Origin: Candidatus Saccharimonadia bacterium
GTDB lineage: Bacteria; Patescibacteriota; Saccharimonadia; Saccharimonadales; 2-12-FULL-41-12
Length of the DNA stretch: 64,000 bases
Assembly: GCA_963717365.1 (NCBI GenBank)
Contig: OY970327.1
Span: 267,599 to 331,598 of the forward strand
Direction of reading: 5' to 3'
Made by a program: the position numbers and the translations under genes. The notes beneath the pieces are model-generated. The model saw only the letters and a list, made by a program, of their open reading frames with translations. It was not told where the DNA came from and did no database searches. Positions 27,036 to 37,321 of this stretch are shown piece after piece. Each line of letters begins with the position of its first letter. The stretch's first letter is position 1.

Positions 27036-28475
27036 ATGAGCGAATATATGCCGACAATTGGAATTGAGTGCCATGTACAGCTCAAAACTAAAACGAAGTT
27101 GTTCGCGGCTGTTGCCAACGATGCCCGTGACACAGCGCCAAACACGTTGATTAGTCATATTTGCTTAGGTATGCCTGGCGCGCTGCCGGTTCTTAACGGC
27201 GCTGCAGTTGAACTGGCCATGAAGGCAGCCTTTGCGCTCAATACCACACCCCAACTATTTAGTACCTTTGACCGCAAACATTATTTTTACCCCGATCTTC
27301 CAAAGGGTTACCAAATATCGCAGCTGTATCAGCCAATTATCCTTGGCGGGTACGTAGATATTGAGGTTGATGGTCAAGTAAAGCGCATTGGTGTGACTCG
27401 TGCCCATATGGAAGAGGACGCTGGAAAAAGCACTCATCCTGCTGGGAAAGACTATAGTTTAGTCGACCTTAACCGGGCTGGCACTCCATTGCTTGAAATA
27501 GTCAGCGAACCAGATATTAAAAGCGCGGCTGAGGCCAAGGCGTATGCTCATGAACTCTATTTATTAATGCGCTACGCCGATGTCAGCGACGCTAATCTGT
27601 ATTATGGCAATATGCGCTTTGACGTTAATGTCAGTGTCAGTAAAGATCCAACAACACTGGGCCTTCGCACGGAGACTAAAAATCTAAACAGTTTTAAGGC
27701 AGTTGAGAAGAGCGTAGAGTATGAAATTAAACGTCAAATTGAAGTACTGGAAGCAGGCGGAGAAATAGTCCAAGAAACTCGCGGCTGGGATGATACTAAG
27801 CAAAAAACCTTTAGTCAGCGCACAAAAGAAGATGCTCACGATTACCGCTATTTTCCGGACCCTGATATCCCGCCCATTGTATTGGAAAAGTCCGCTATCG
27901 AAGCGGTTCGCCAGTCTATGCCCGTTATGCCTGCTGATATACGCGCTAAGCTGCGTGAACTCAAGATTGACTCATCTGCTGCAGAAACCATTATTGATGA
28001 ACTGACAGCCGCTAAGACCATTCTGGCATGTCTTAACGACGGTGTACCCACGGAAGATATCCGGCGTATCGCGCTATGGTTAGCTGGCGACGTCCAAGGC
28101 TTTGTAGCTAATCAGGAAATGTCTTGGGAAAATTTACAGCTGGATCCATTGGCCTTAGCAAGACTAAGCCAGCTAACCGGCAGTTCAAAAGTCAGTTCAA
28201 CTGGCGCTAAAAGTATCTTGATTGAGTTAATTCAAAATGGCGGAGAACCAGAAGCAATTGCGCAGAAGCTCGATGTGCTGCAGGAATCCGACGAAGGTGC
28301 TTTAGACGCAATTGTAGCTCAAGTACTAGCTGATAATCAGAAAGCAGCTGAGGACGTTAGAGCGGGCGAAATGAAAGCCATTGGCTTTTTAGTCGGACAG
28401 GTAATGAAAGCTTCAAAAGGCAAAGCTAACCCTGGCCTAGTGCAAAAAATTATTAAAGAAAAACTTCAGGATTAA
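27036..28475 (+). CDS. gatB: Asp-tRNA(Asn)/Glu-tRNA(Gln) amidotransferase subunit B
   Basis: PTIGIECHVQL, FDRKHYFYPDLPKGYQISQ, and a C-terminal YqeY-like tail. Confidence 0.95.
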   Translation: MSEYMPTIGIECHVQLKTKTKLFAAVANDARDTAPNTLISHICLGMPGALPVLNGAAVELAMKAAFALNTTPQLFSTFDRKHYFYPDLPKGYQISQLYQPIILGGYVDIEVDGQVKRIGVTRAHMEEDAGKSTHPAGKDYSLVDLNRAGTPLLEIVSEPDIKSAAEAKAYAHELYLLMRYADVSDANLYYGNMRFDVNVSVSKDPTTLGLRTETKNLNSFKAVEKSVEYEIKRQIEVLEAGGEIVQETRGWDDTKQKTFSQRTKEDAHDYRYFPDPDIPPIVLEKSAIEAVRQSMPVMPADIRAKLRELKIDSSAAETIIDELTAAKTILACLNDGVPTEDIRRIALWLAGDVQGFVANQEMSWENLQLDPLALARLSQLTGSSKVSSTGAKSILIELIQNGGEPEAIAQKLDVLQESDEGALDAIVAQVLADNQKAAEDVRAGEMKAIGFLVGQVMKASKGKANPGLVQKIIKEKLQD

Positions 28476-28652
28476 ACATCAATCGGAGTTCGATCTCGAG
28501 CAACAGTAAGACTAACATTATGTGAGGCTAATTCAGCTCAAGGAATGACAATTCCTGACTCCTTGTATACAATATACTTTCAGTTTTGCATACATTTAGC
28601 TAATTGCAAGCACAAGAAATATTAGGTAAACGTAAAATCATAAGCTTTGCCA

Positions 28653-28661
28653 TGATACTAT
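28653..28661 (+). promoter_or_regulatory. extended -10 promoter of galU (leaderless geometry)
   Basis: TGaTACTAT, then 7 nt to ATG 28669, no SD. Confidence 0.45.
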
Positions 28662-28668
28662 TTAATGT

Positions 28669-29553
28669 ATGAAGAAAGTTCGAAAGGCAGTAATCGCTGC
28701 AGCAGGTTTTGGAACGCGGTTCTTGCCGCAGACTAAAGCCATGCCCAAAGAAATGCTGCCACTGGTCGATAAGCCGATCATTCAGTATATCGTTGAAGAA
28801 CTTGTTGAGGCCGGAATTGAAGACATTATTATTGTCACTGGCTACCATAAACGCTCCATCGAAGACCATTTTGATCATTTGAGCGCTGATCTCAGGGCCC
28901 AGCTCAAAGACGGCAACAAACTAGAGCTTCTTGAAGAAGTTAAAAAAATCTCCGATCTTGCCAACTTTGCCTATATTCGGCAAAAAGGTGTCTATGGAAC
29001 AGGAACACCGGTACTTAATGCCGAGCATCTTCTAGGAGATGAGCCATTTATATATACGTACGCTGATGATCTTATCATGGCTTCACCGTCAAGTTTCCGA
29101 CAGATGATCGATGCTTATGAGAAAACTAATAGCAGTATTTTTTCATGTGTTGCTATTACCAACGATGAAGATTATGAACGGTACGGAGTTATTGCTGGCA
29201 CAGAAATTGAACCTGGCCTCGTAAAGGTTGATAAGATTATTGAAAAACCTGGCAAAGAAAATGCTCCCAGCAACTTAGCAAGTGTCAGCGGCTACTTGCT
29301 GACGCCCGATATATTTCCGTATTTGCATACCCATAAAACTAAACTGCAGGTAGGCGAAGAGTTTTACATCCAGTATGCGATGCAGGCGATGATAGACAGC
29401 GGAGTGAATATGTACGCCAGCGAAGTAGTAAACGGTAAGTTTTGCGACACCGGCAACAAACTCGAATACGTTAAAACCGTTATTGATTTTGCATTGGAAC
29501 GAGACGATATTAAAGATGAAGTGTTAAATTATTTACGAACAAAAGTTAAATAA
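28669..29553 (+). CDS. galU: UTP--glucose-1-phosphate uridylyltransferase
   Basis: AAGFGTRFLPQTKAMPKEMLP (GxGTRxLPxTK) N-terminal signature. Confidence 0.92.
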   Translation: MKKVRKAVIAAAGFGTRFLPQTKAMPKEMLPLVDKPIIQYIVEELVEAGIEDIIIVTGYHKRSIEDHFDHLSADLRAQLKDGNKLELLEEVKKISDLANFAYIRQKGVYGTGTPVLNAEHLLGDEPFIYTYADDLIMASPSSFRQMIDAYEKTNSSIFSCVAITNDEDYERYGVIAGTEIEPGLVKVDKIIEKPGKENAPSNLASVSGYLLTPDIFPYLHTHKTKLQVGEEFYIQYAMQAMIDSGVNMYASEVVNGKFCDTGNKLEYVKTVIDFALERDDIKDEVLNYLRTKVK

Positions 29554-29571
29554 GATACAATACTGTTATAC

Positions 29572-29838
29572 ATGGACACAGACTCAACTTGGTTCGCAAC
29601 CCTCGTTATTATTCTCTCGGCATTTTTAGCGCTTGTATTAATTCTGAGCATTGTGCTGATTGTTAAGCTTATTCAGGTAATAAAAGTTGTCAAGCGCATT
29701 ACTGAACAGGCTGAACAAGTAGCTGATCGCGCCGAGCACATCAGTGCATTTTTTGAACGGACCGCCACACCAGTGGCTATCCTAAAACTTGTTTCTAATA
29801 TTAGTGATACCTTACAAAAGAAAGTGAAGAGAAAGTAA
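29572..29838 (+). CDS. hypothetical small membrane protein
   Basis: 88 aa with one TM (FATLVIILSAFLALVLILSIVLIV) and a helical tail. It ends 2 nt before the YtxH gene. Confidence 0.5.
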   Translation: MDTDSTWFATLVIILSAFLALVLILSIVLIVKLIQVIKVVKRITEQAEQVADRAEHISAFFERTATPVAILKLVSNISDTLQKKVKRK

Positions 29839-29840
29839 TT

Positions 29841-30254
29841 ATGTCAAAAAGAAAACACGCTACCGCTAAAGTTGTTGCCGCTGGAGCATTACTCGCAGCA
29901 GGTGCAGGCTACTTAACCGGGATTCTAACTGCCCCTAAGAGCGGCAAAGAAACTCGTAAGGATATTGCCAAGACAGCCAGCAAAGCTCGTGTTGACGGCG
30001 AAAAGCAACTGAAGAAAATACACAGTGAATTAAATGACTTGATTAAAGACGGTGAAGACGCTACCAAGAAAGCACGCAGTAAAGTCAGTTCAGAAATGAC
30101 AGAAGCGCTTGAAAAGGCTAAAGTTGCCAAGAATAAAACCCGCGAAATTTTAAGCGCACTTCATGATGGTGATGCCGATGATCCAAATCTTCAAAAGGCG
30201 CTCAAAGAAGTTAAGCAAGCCAAGTCTAATCTTGCTAAGTATCTTAAGAAATAA
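29841..30254 (+). CDS. YtxH domain-containing protein
   Basis: N-terminal hydrophobic helix followed by GILTAPKSGKETRKDI, the YtxH signature. Lys/Glu-rich helical remainder. Confidence 0.75.
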   Translation: MSKRKHATAKVVAAGALLAAGAGYLTGILTAPKSGKETRKDIAKTASKARVDGEKQLKKIHSELNDLIKDGEDATKKARSKVSSEMTEALEKAKVAKNKTREILSALHDGDADDPNLQKALKEVKQAKSNLAKYLKK

Positions 30255-30352
30255 TTACTTCTCTCTAAGTATTTAAAACTCAATATATTAGAATAATCCC
30301 TAAAATCAGATCTCTTTTGATGTATAATACATACAGAAATTGAGAGGGTTAC

Positions 30353-33300
30353 GTGGCTTTAAAACAGCAAAAACTTAAGCCAGAAGATTTTGTGCACTTG
30401 CACAACCATACGCAGTATAGTTTGCTGGACGGACTTACGAAAATTCCAGCCTTAATTGATCAAGTAAAAGCGTCGGGCATGAACGCTGTTGCCATGACCG
30501 ATCATGGTACCCTGTCTGGCGCAATTGAATTTTATACCACTGCCACCAAAGCAGGTATAAAGCCATTAATTGGGATGGAAGCATATGTTGCCCCACGCAA
30601 ATACACAGATAAAGACGTGGCTTACGACAAACAATATTATCACTTAATAATCATGGCTATGAATAATCATGGCTATCAAAACTTGATGCGACTTTCGACT
30701 ATTGCAAACCTTGACGGCTTTTATTATAAACCGCGGATTGACCGAGAGTTGCTCGAACAATATAACGAAGGCCTTATTGTTTTATCCGGCTGCATTAGCG
30801 GCGAATTTGGTGATGCCCTTAAGCAAGACCAAATAGAACAAGCTCGTAAAACCGCTCAATGGTACAAGAAAGTCTTTGGTGATCGCTATTACATTGAAAT
30901 TCAAGACCATGGTCATCCAAATCATCCAAGTAAATGGGATGTGCAAGTAGCGGTAAATAAAAAAGCTTTCAAGATTGCCAAAGAATTAAGTATTCCGACG
31001 GTAATTACTGGTGACGCTCATTATTTAAAACACGAAGACCAAGATGCCCACGAAATTTTGCTATGTGTCCAAACAGGCTCATTCTTATCAGATGAAAAGC
31101 GTATGAGCCTTAAGGATTTTGAGCTGCATGTCGCTGAACCGGAAGAAATTATTAATCGATGGGGAACAGACTATCCGGAAGCAGTCAGTAATACAAGGGC
31201 AATCGCCGATCGTTGTTTTGTTGAGCTTGAGCTTGGCAAAATTCTTATTCCAAAGTTCTCAGTGCCAAAAGGAGATACGGAAAAAACCTATCTTGAAAAA
31301 CAAACCTACAGAGGCCTGGCTTGGCGATATGGCGGTATTGGTGAAGATAAAGCCGAGACAATAACTATAGCTGAAGCTAAAAAAAGTTTGCCAGAACACG
31401 TTGCTACTCGGGCAGAGTATGAACTTAGGGTAATCAATAGCATGAATTTTAATGGTTACTTTCTGATTATTTCTGATTTTATTAACTGGGGTAAAAATCA
31501 AGGTATCGTATTTGGACCTGGCCGCGGGAGTGCCGCTGGTTCAATTATTGCCTATGGCTTAAACATTACTGAACTTGATCCACTTAAGTACGATTTACTG
31601 TTTGAACGGTTCCTTAACCCGGACCGCATTAGCATGCCTGACGTTGACATCGATATTCAGGATACGCGTAGAGATGAAGTTATTCAATATTGTATTAACA
31701 AATATGGTAAAGAAAGAGTGGCAAATATTGTTACTTTTGGCCGTATGGCGGCTCGCAACGCCGTCCGTGACGTAGCACGAGTATTACAGGTACCCTACGC
31801 CGAATCTGACCGGCTAGCCAAAATGATTCCGCCTCCGGTGCAAGGACGTCATATTCTTCTAGAAATCTCTCTCAAAAAAGATCATGACTTAAAACGGGAG
31901 TATGAAACTAATGAGCAGTCCCGCACCGTATTTGATTTAGCTGTTAGATTAGAAGGTACTATTCGGAGTCACGGTGTCCATGCCGCAGGCGTGGTAATTG
32001 CACCAGACGATATTGTAAAGTTCACGCCGCTCGAAATGGCCCAAAAAGGGGTGGTGTCAACGCAGTACTCGATGGGCCCAGTTGAACAGCTTGGCTTGCT
32101 TAAAATGGACTTTTTGGGACTTTCCAATTTAACTATTATTAAGAACGCTCAGCGAATTATTAAAAAAGTTTATGACGTTGACATTGTTATTGCTGACATT
32201 CCTCTGGAAGACTCCAAAACTTTTGAGTTATTGCAGCGTGGTGATACAACTGGGGTATTTCAGCTTGAATCCGCCGGAATGAAACGCTACCTAAAAGATC
32301 TTAAGCCGACAATGTTTGATGATATCGTCGCTATGGTAGCGCTTTATCGACCTGGGCCGATGCAATTTATCGGCGAATTTATTGACCGTAAGCATGGCAG
32401 GAAGAAAATTATCTATGACCATCCACGTTTAGAGGACTCGCTTGGAACAACTTACGGCATCTTGGTTTACCAAGAGCAGTTTATGCAGATTAGTAAAGAT
32501 ATGTGTGGCTTTACCGGGGGTCAAGCTGACACACTGCGCAAGGCCATCGGTAAAAAGCAGCGCGAAACTATGGCTAAGATGAAAGTGGAATTTATTGAGG
32601 GTATGATTACGCACAGCGACGCTTCTCGGAGTTTTGCAGAGAAGTTTTGGGGCCAACTGGAAGCCTTTGCTGATTACTGTTTTAATAAATCCCACTCGGC
32701 TTGTTATGGCTTAATCGCATACTGGACGGCATATCTCAAAGCAAATTATCCAGCAGCTTATATGGCAGCACTGATGACCAGCGACTATGACGACATTGAC
32801 CGCCTGGCGATAGAAATCAGCGAATGCAGCAACATGGGAATTGAAGTGTTGCCGCCTGATGTACAAGAGTCTTTTTTGGAGTTCGCCGTGGTTTCGGGCG
32901 AAAAAGGCAAAGACAGCATTCGATTTGGCATGAATGCTATTAAAAACGTTGGTACCGGCGCTGTCGAAGAAATACTACGTGCCCGGGCAATTGACGGCGA
33001 ATTTAAAGGTCTTGAGGATTTCTTAACCAAAACCAGCAGCCGTACTGTTAATCGTAAAACTCTAGAAAGTCTGATCAAAGCCGGTGCTTTTGACAGATTT
33101 AGCGAGCGCAGTATATTGCTAAATAATCTCGACAGCATCATCGCCTATACCGCTCGGGTTCAGAAAGACAAAGCCAGTGGACAAACTGATCTGTTCGGTG
33201 GCGCAATAGAAGATAATGGCTTGGTGCCAACGTTAGCCCTAAACCAAGGCGGCCCCACCTATTCATCACGAGAGCAGCTATTATGGGAACGAGAATTACT

Positions 33301-34003
33301 TGGCATTTATCTGAGCCAGCATCCACTCAGTGAGTATGAAGTATTCTTTAGCGAACAATGTATACCTATCAAGGATCTTGAAGTTACCATGGAGGGTAAG
33401 ACTGTCCGAATAGGTGGTTCGGTGACTGAGTCTAGAGAAATTAATACCAAAAATGGCCAAAAAATGGCTTTTGTTAAAGTTGCCGATATGGGCGGGGAAG
33501 TTGAGCTTATTTTATTCCCAAATGCCTATCAACAGACGTTTGGTATCTGGGAGCGTGACAACGTTATCTTAATTAAGGGCAAAATATCCAGCAAAGACCG
33601 TGAAGGTAATGCAGGTAGCGAAATTAAAATAATGGTAGATGATGCTCGAGAAGTCACTATTGAGCAAGCTAATGCCTATCAGGCGTCAGGCAAAAAACCT
33701 AAAAAACCTAAAGGCGGTAGTAAAGCCAAAGTAACACTGGCTAGCGTCAAAAAAGTCGAAGCAACTGCCAAAGTAGTAGAAAAACGAGTTTATATCCGTC
33801 TGCCCAACACAGAAGCACAAGATAAACTTACAATACTCAAGTCAGTTATAGATCGGCAGTCAGGCACTACTCCAGTGGTACTGGTAGTAGGCGCAGAAGC
33901 TACCAAAAAAATAATTAAACTGCCGCATAGCGTTGAACCAAATGAGCAACTACTTAAAGAATTAACAGAAATATTTGGCAAGCCAGCCGTTAAGTATCAA
34001 TGA
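30353..34003 (+). CDS. dnaE: DNA polymerase III subunit alpha
   Basis: PHP domain FVHLHNHTQYSLLDG, polymerase core (GPGRGSAAGS, DIDIDI), OB fold near the C-terminus. GTG start with RBS GAGAGGG. Confidence 0.96.
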   Translation: MALKQQKLKPEDFVHLHNHTQYSLLDGLTKIPALIDQVKASGMNAVAMTDHGTLSGAIEFYTTATKAGIKPLIGMEAYVAPRKYTDKDVAYDKQYYHLIIMAMNNHGYQNLMRLSTIANLDGFYYKPRIDRELLEQYNEGLIVLSGCISGEFGDALKQDQIEQARKTAQWYKKVFGDRYYIEIQDHGHPNHPSKWDVQVAVNKKAFKIAKELSIPTVITGDAHYLKHEDQDAHEILLCVQTGSFLSDEKRMSLKDFELHVAEPEEIINRWGTDYPEAVSNTRAIADRCFVELELGKILIPKFSVPKGDTEKTYLEKQTYRGLAWRYGGIGEDKAETITIAEAKKSLPEHVATRAEYELRVINSMNFNGYFLIISDFINWGKNQGIVFGPGRGSAAGSIIAYGLNITELDPLKYDLLFERFLNPDRISMPDVDIDIQDTRRDEVIQYCINKYGKERVANIVTFGRMAARNAVRDVARVLQVPYAESDRLAKMIPPPVQGRHILLEISLKKDHDLKREYETNEQSRTVFDLAVRLEGTIRSHGVHAAGVVIAPDDIVKFTPLEMAQKGVVSTQYSMGPVEQLGLLKMDFLGLSNLTIIKNAQRIIKKVYDVDIVIADIPLEDSKTFELLQRGDTTGVFQLESAGMKRYLKDLKPTMFDDIVAMVALYRPGPMQFIGEFIDRKHGRKKIIYDHPRLEDSLGTTYGILVYQEQFMQISKDMCGFTGGQADTLRKAIGKKQRETMAKMKVEFIEGMITHSDASRSFAEKFWGQLEAFADYCFNKSHSACYGLIAYWTAYLKANYPAAYMAALMTSDYDDIDRLAIEISECSNMGIEVLPPDVQESFLEFAVVSGEKGKDSIRFGMNAIKNVGTGAVEEILRARAIDGEFKGLEDFLTKTSSRTVNRKTLESLIKAGAFDRFSERSILLNNLDSIIAYTARVQKDKASGQTDLFGGAIEDNGLVPTLALNQGGPTYSSREQLLWERELLGIYLSQHPLSEYEVFFSEQCIPIKDLEVTMEGKTVRIGGSVTESREINTKNGQKMAFVKVADMGGEVELILFPNAYQQTFGIWERDNVILIKGKISSKDREGNAGSEIKIMVDDAREVTIEQANAYQASGKKPKKPKGGSKAKVTLASVKKVEATAKVVEKRVYIRLPNTEAQDKLTILKSVIDRQSGTTPVVLVVGAEATKKIIKLPHSVEPNEQLLKELTEIFGKPAVKYQ

Positions 34004-34038
34004 TCCTATCTCTTGTTTCTTCCCTGGTTCAATTTAGC

Positions 34039-34932
34039 TTAGTAAATATTTCCAATTGTCTGACTGGCTACAGCGGCAAGTACGACTAATGCTACTAGAG
34101 TTATGTCTAATAATGGATGATGTACTACAAAGTTCTCACTGGTGCGAAGAGCTCTACGCAGTCTGTGGGCATGTGTAGCTGCTAGATACATAACAATGCC
34201 GCCAATAACTAATCCCAGTATAAAACTGCTCCATGGTGCCTTTCCAGCGGTTACAGACTGAATATAGCTTATGTCTTGTGGCTGCGTGTTTGCTAAGTTT
34301 GGAGTAGTTGGCAGCTGGATAGGCTCAACAGCGGAAATTGATTTTACAGAAGGTTGACCATACATTGCAACTACAATAGTTTCCGGTCCACGGTCTTGAT
34401 AATTGGGTACATTTATAATGCCAAAACCGACTTCTTCTAAATCTGGATCAAGAATATTTGCCCGATGACCCGGACTGTTCATCCAGCCATTAACGGTTGC
34501 GTTACTGGTCCTAAAGCCGTATGCTAAATTTTCTGCGGCTTTACGGTAGCTGTAATTGGCAGTTTCAATAAAAATCCATGGCTGCTCACCATCCGGTGTT
34601 ACGTGAGACCAGTAATTACGAGATCCCATATCTTGTGCTTTTGCTTGGGCTGCAGTATCAAGTGAAGCGTTGAAGGTGAGTGGCTTTAATCCCTGCTGCA
34701 TACGTTGATTATTAGTTGCCATTAATAGGTTTTCATCACTAGTTTCAGTAGCATAACTTTTTACAGAGTTTTCACTACGTTTTACTTCCGCATGTCCAGA
34801 TATAAAAATACCGCAACCAATGATCGTCAATAAAGGAATATAGGGAGCATACACTTTCATAAAGTGCTTGGTGCGCTTTTCCTTTTTGTGGGTTACATGG
34901 TGGGTTTGGCTGGGTTTAGATTTTAACGGCAT
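34039..34932 (-). CDS. CAP/SCP/PR-1 domain protein with N- and C-terminal membrane segments
   Basis: CAP motifs NYWSHVTPDG, AENLAYGF, VNGWMNSPGHRANIL. Hydrophobic segments occur near both termini. Confidence 0.8.
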   Translation of the reverse strand: MPLKSKPSQTHHVTHKKEKRTKHFMKVYAPYIPLLTIIGCGIFISGHAEVKRSENSVKSYATETSDENLLMATNNQRMQQGLKPLTFNASLDTAAQAKAQDMGSRNYWSHVTPDGEQPWIFIETANYSYRKAAENLAYGFRTSNATVNGWMNSPGHRANILDPDLEEVGFGIINVPNYQDRGPETIVVAMYGQPSVKSISAVEPIQLPTTPNLANTQPQDISYIQSVTAGKAPWSSFILGLVIGGIVMYLAATHAHRLRRALRTSENFVVHHPLLDITLVALVVLAAVASQTIGNIY

Positions 34933-34984
34933 GTTTGTTTTTAGTTATTTTTAATACGATACCACAGTTAGTGCTTATTTGCAC

Positions 34985-35521
34985 TTATGCTTTATTGGCT
35001 AATTGGCAATGATACATTGCCATCGTTGCTGCCTCCACAACATTAAATGATTCTTTTTCCCCCTTCATCGGAATCTCTAAACAGTAATCAAGTTTATTTT
35101 GCAAAGCTTGGTCGATACCGGTGACCTCACTGCCAAGTAATATTGCGAACTTATCGGGCGGAGTATGGTCTGGTAAATATTTGCTTTCTGGCGTTTGCTC
35201 CAGCCCGGCAACCGTAAACCCATCTTGTTTTAATTTTATTAAAATTACATTAACATCGGTTTGATGTTCCCACTTTAATGAATTCTCAGCGCCCAAAGCA
35301 GTTTTACTGATTTGGGCGTCTATTTTTTCAGCCAAATGTGGCAATCGTTCATCCGACGGTTGCTTTGGATATGGGGTGTAGCCGGTTAGGTACAATTTGC
35401 TTACGCCTAAGCCCTCGGCAGTACGGATAAGCGAACCGACATTATATGTGCTACGTATATTATGAGCGATGAGAATCAGAGATACCAACATAGTTGTATA
35501 GGCACTATACCAGCGTTTCAT
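34985..35521 (-). CDS. SpoU/TrmH family RNA 2'-O-methyltransferase
   Basis: SPOUT motifs NVGSLIRTAEGLG, LLGSEVTGI, IPMKGEKESFNVVEAATMAMY. Confidence 0.85.
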   Translation of the reverse strand: MKRWYSAYTTMLVSLILIAHNIRSTYNVGSLIRTAEGLGVSKLYLTGYTPYPKQPSDERLPHLAEKIDAQISKTALGAENSLKWEHQTDVNVILIKLKQDGFTVAGLEQTPESKYLPDHTPPDKFAILLGSEVTGIDQALQNKLDYCLEIPMKGEKESFNVVEAATMAMYHCQLANKA

Positions 35522-35640
35522 TAAATTTTAATGAAGTCGAGATATAGTCACAGAAGAAATGCTCCGTGCAGGCGTCACCAAAAGTAAACACACTAATAAC
35601 AGATAGGAATAAATTAGCTCTTATGGTTAAATAGGAGGTA

Positions 35641-37242
35641 ATGAGTCAAGATGCGCGCCGCACTGAAGAGCAGGCAACTGAACGTCGTTCCAGAATTCTG
35701 AGTATGTCTTATATTGACACCTCGGCAACGGGCGAGAAGGCACTATACAAAGATTTACTAACTGTTCAAGAACTATACAATCTTCGCGTAATTCCAATTT
35801 TTTACGACTCTCATAATATTCATTTTGGCGTTACCAATACGACATCCCAGCAAACAATGCAGACACTGCGTAACCGTTTTCTAGATCAACGTATTAACTT
35901 TGCTTTGATCTCTGACAGTGGCTACAACGATTATATGAAGTTGTACGACCCTCCAAAACAAGTTGTATACGAAGATGTGAGCTTCAGCTCGGATAGTGAT
36001 TCTGAATTGTTTGAAAAAGTAACCCAGACCCTTAGTACAGTTTTGGCAGACGACATACTCGGCTACCTAGTAAAACAGTGCTACCAGCTAAAAGGTTCTG
36101 ACATTCACTTGGAGTGCCAAAAAGAAGCTATCCGAGTCCGCCTGCGAGTTGACGGTGTGTTGCATCCGATTGCCAGCATCAGCCACGATAAATACCGTCA
36201 AGTACTGTCTAGTATTGCCATCGCATCAAACGTTAGCACCGGTAGCCCTGATGCCCAAACTGGCCATATTAATAAAAAATATACCTTGGCTAGTAAAGAA
36301 GACGTTGACGTTAACCTTCGCGTGGAAACCGTTCCAACTGTGTATGGAGTAGACGTAGTAATGCGTTTGTTTAACTTTAAGCTCGAGTTTCTTAATCTTG
36401 ACGGGCTGGGGCTTAGTGATAAGGAGCGAGTGGCTGTAGATGATGTTATTAAGCATCCTACAGGTCTGGTGTTAGTTGTTGGACCAACTGGTTCAGGTAA
36501 AACAACCACCCTTTACTCTATTATTAATACCTTAAATACGACCGAGCGCAAGATAATTACCCTGGAAGATCCAGTAGAATACTTCATGCCCGGCGTTGTA
36601 CAGATTCCCGTAGAAGGGGATCATAATAAAAGTGGTTTTGCAGAAAAACTCCGCGCAGTTCTTAGGCTCGATCCCGATGTGGTGATGGTTGGTGAGATTC
36701 GTGACCAAGATACCGCTAAAACCGCCTTGCAGGCTGCCCTGACTGGGCATCTCGTGCTTTCTACCTTTCACGCATCTTCTTCCTCGGCGGCGCTTAGTCG
36801 TATGCTTGACATGATTGGCGTGAATCCATTGTTCGCCAGTGCTGTTCGCTTAGTCATGGCTCAGCGCCTAGTACGCCGTTTAGACGTCGATACTCGCCAG
36901 CCGTATCAGCCTGATGCCGGTCTTATAGCCCAACTGCAAACAGTTATTGATACGTTACCACCACAATGGGAGCGCCCAAATTTAGATAATATAACGCTGT
37001 ATACGCCCGGCAGTTCGGTTGAAGTACCGTTTGGCTACAAAGGCCAGATAGCTATCCGGGAGCAGTTCACTATGACTCCTAATATTCAGGAGTTGTTACG
37101 GCGTCCAATTGGTACTGTCACAACTGAGATGCTTCAGGATCAAGCTATCCATGACGGCATGTTAACAATGCTCCAAGACGGCATTTTAAAATCAATTGCC
37201 GGCATAACTACTATTGAAGAAGTGTACCGGGTTGTTAGCTAA
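35641..37242 (+). CDS. GspE/PilB family type II/IV secretion/pilus assembly ATPase
   Basis: Walker A GPTGSGKTTT, Asp box ITLEDPVEY, Walker B DPDVVMVGEIRD, His box TGHLVLSTFH. RBS AGGAGG. Confidence 0.9.
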   Translation: MSQDARRTEEQATERRSRILSMSYIDTSATGEKALYKDLLTVQELYNLRVIPIFYDSHNIHFGVTNTTSQQTMQTLRNRFLDQRINFALISDSGYNDYMKLYDPPKQVVYEDVSFSSDSDSELFEKVTQTLSTVLADDILGYLVKQCYQLKGSDIHLECQKEAIRVRLRVDGVLHPIASISHDKYRQVLSSIAIASNVSTGSPDAQTGHINKKYTLASKEDVDVNLRVETVPTVYGVDVVMRLFNFKLEFLNLDGLGLSDKERVAVDDVIKHPTGLVLVVGPTGSGKTTTLYSIINTLNTTERKIITLEDPVEYFMPGVVQIPVEGDHNKSGFAEKLRAVLRLDPDVVMVGEIRDQDTAKTALQAALTGHLVLSTFHASSSSAALSRMLDMIGVNPLFASAVRLVMAQRLVRRLDVDTRQPYQPDAGLIAQLQTVIDTLPPQWERPNLDNITLYTPGSSVEVPFGYKGQIAIREQFTMTPNIQELLRRPIGTVTTEMLQDQAIHDGMLTMLQDGILKSIAGITTIEEVYRVVS

Positions 37243-37321
37243 ACTATTAACAGATGTGGCAAAACTTGAAAAAAGTTTAGAGCTGAGGTATACTAGCTCT
37301 TTAGTTAAACAGCGGAATACT

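Noticed and set aside
28539-28565. Hairpins after gatB (AGGAAT-gaca-ATTCCT and the alternative CAAGGA...TCCTTG) as an intrinsic terminator
   Set aside because: The stems are short (6 bp) and mutually exclusive, and no T-run follows. This is insufficient to call a terminator or a structured RNA.
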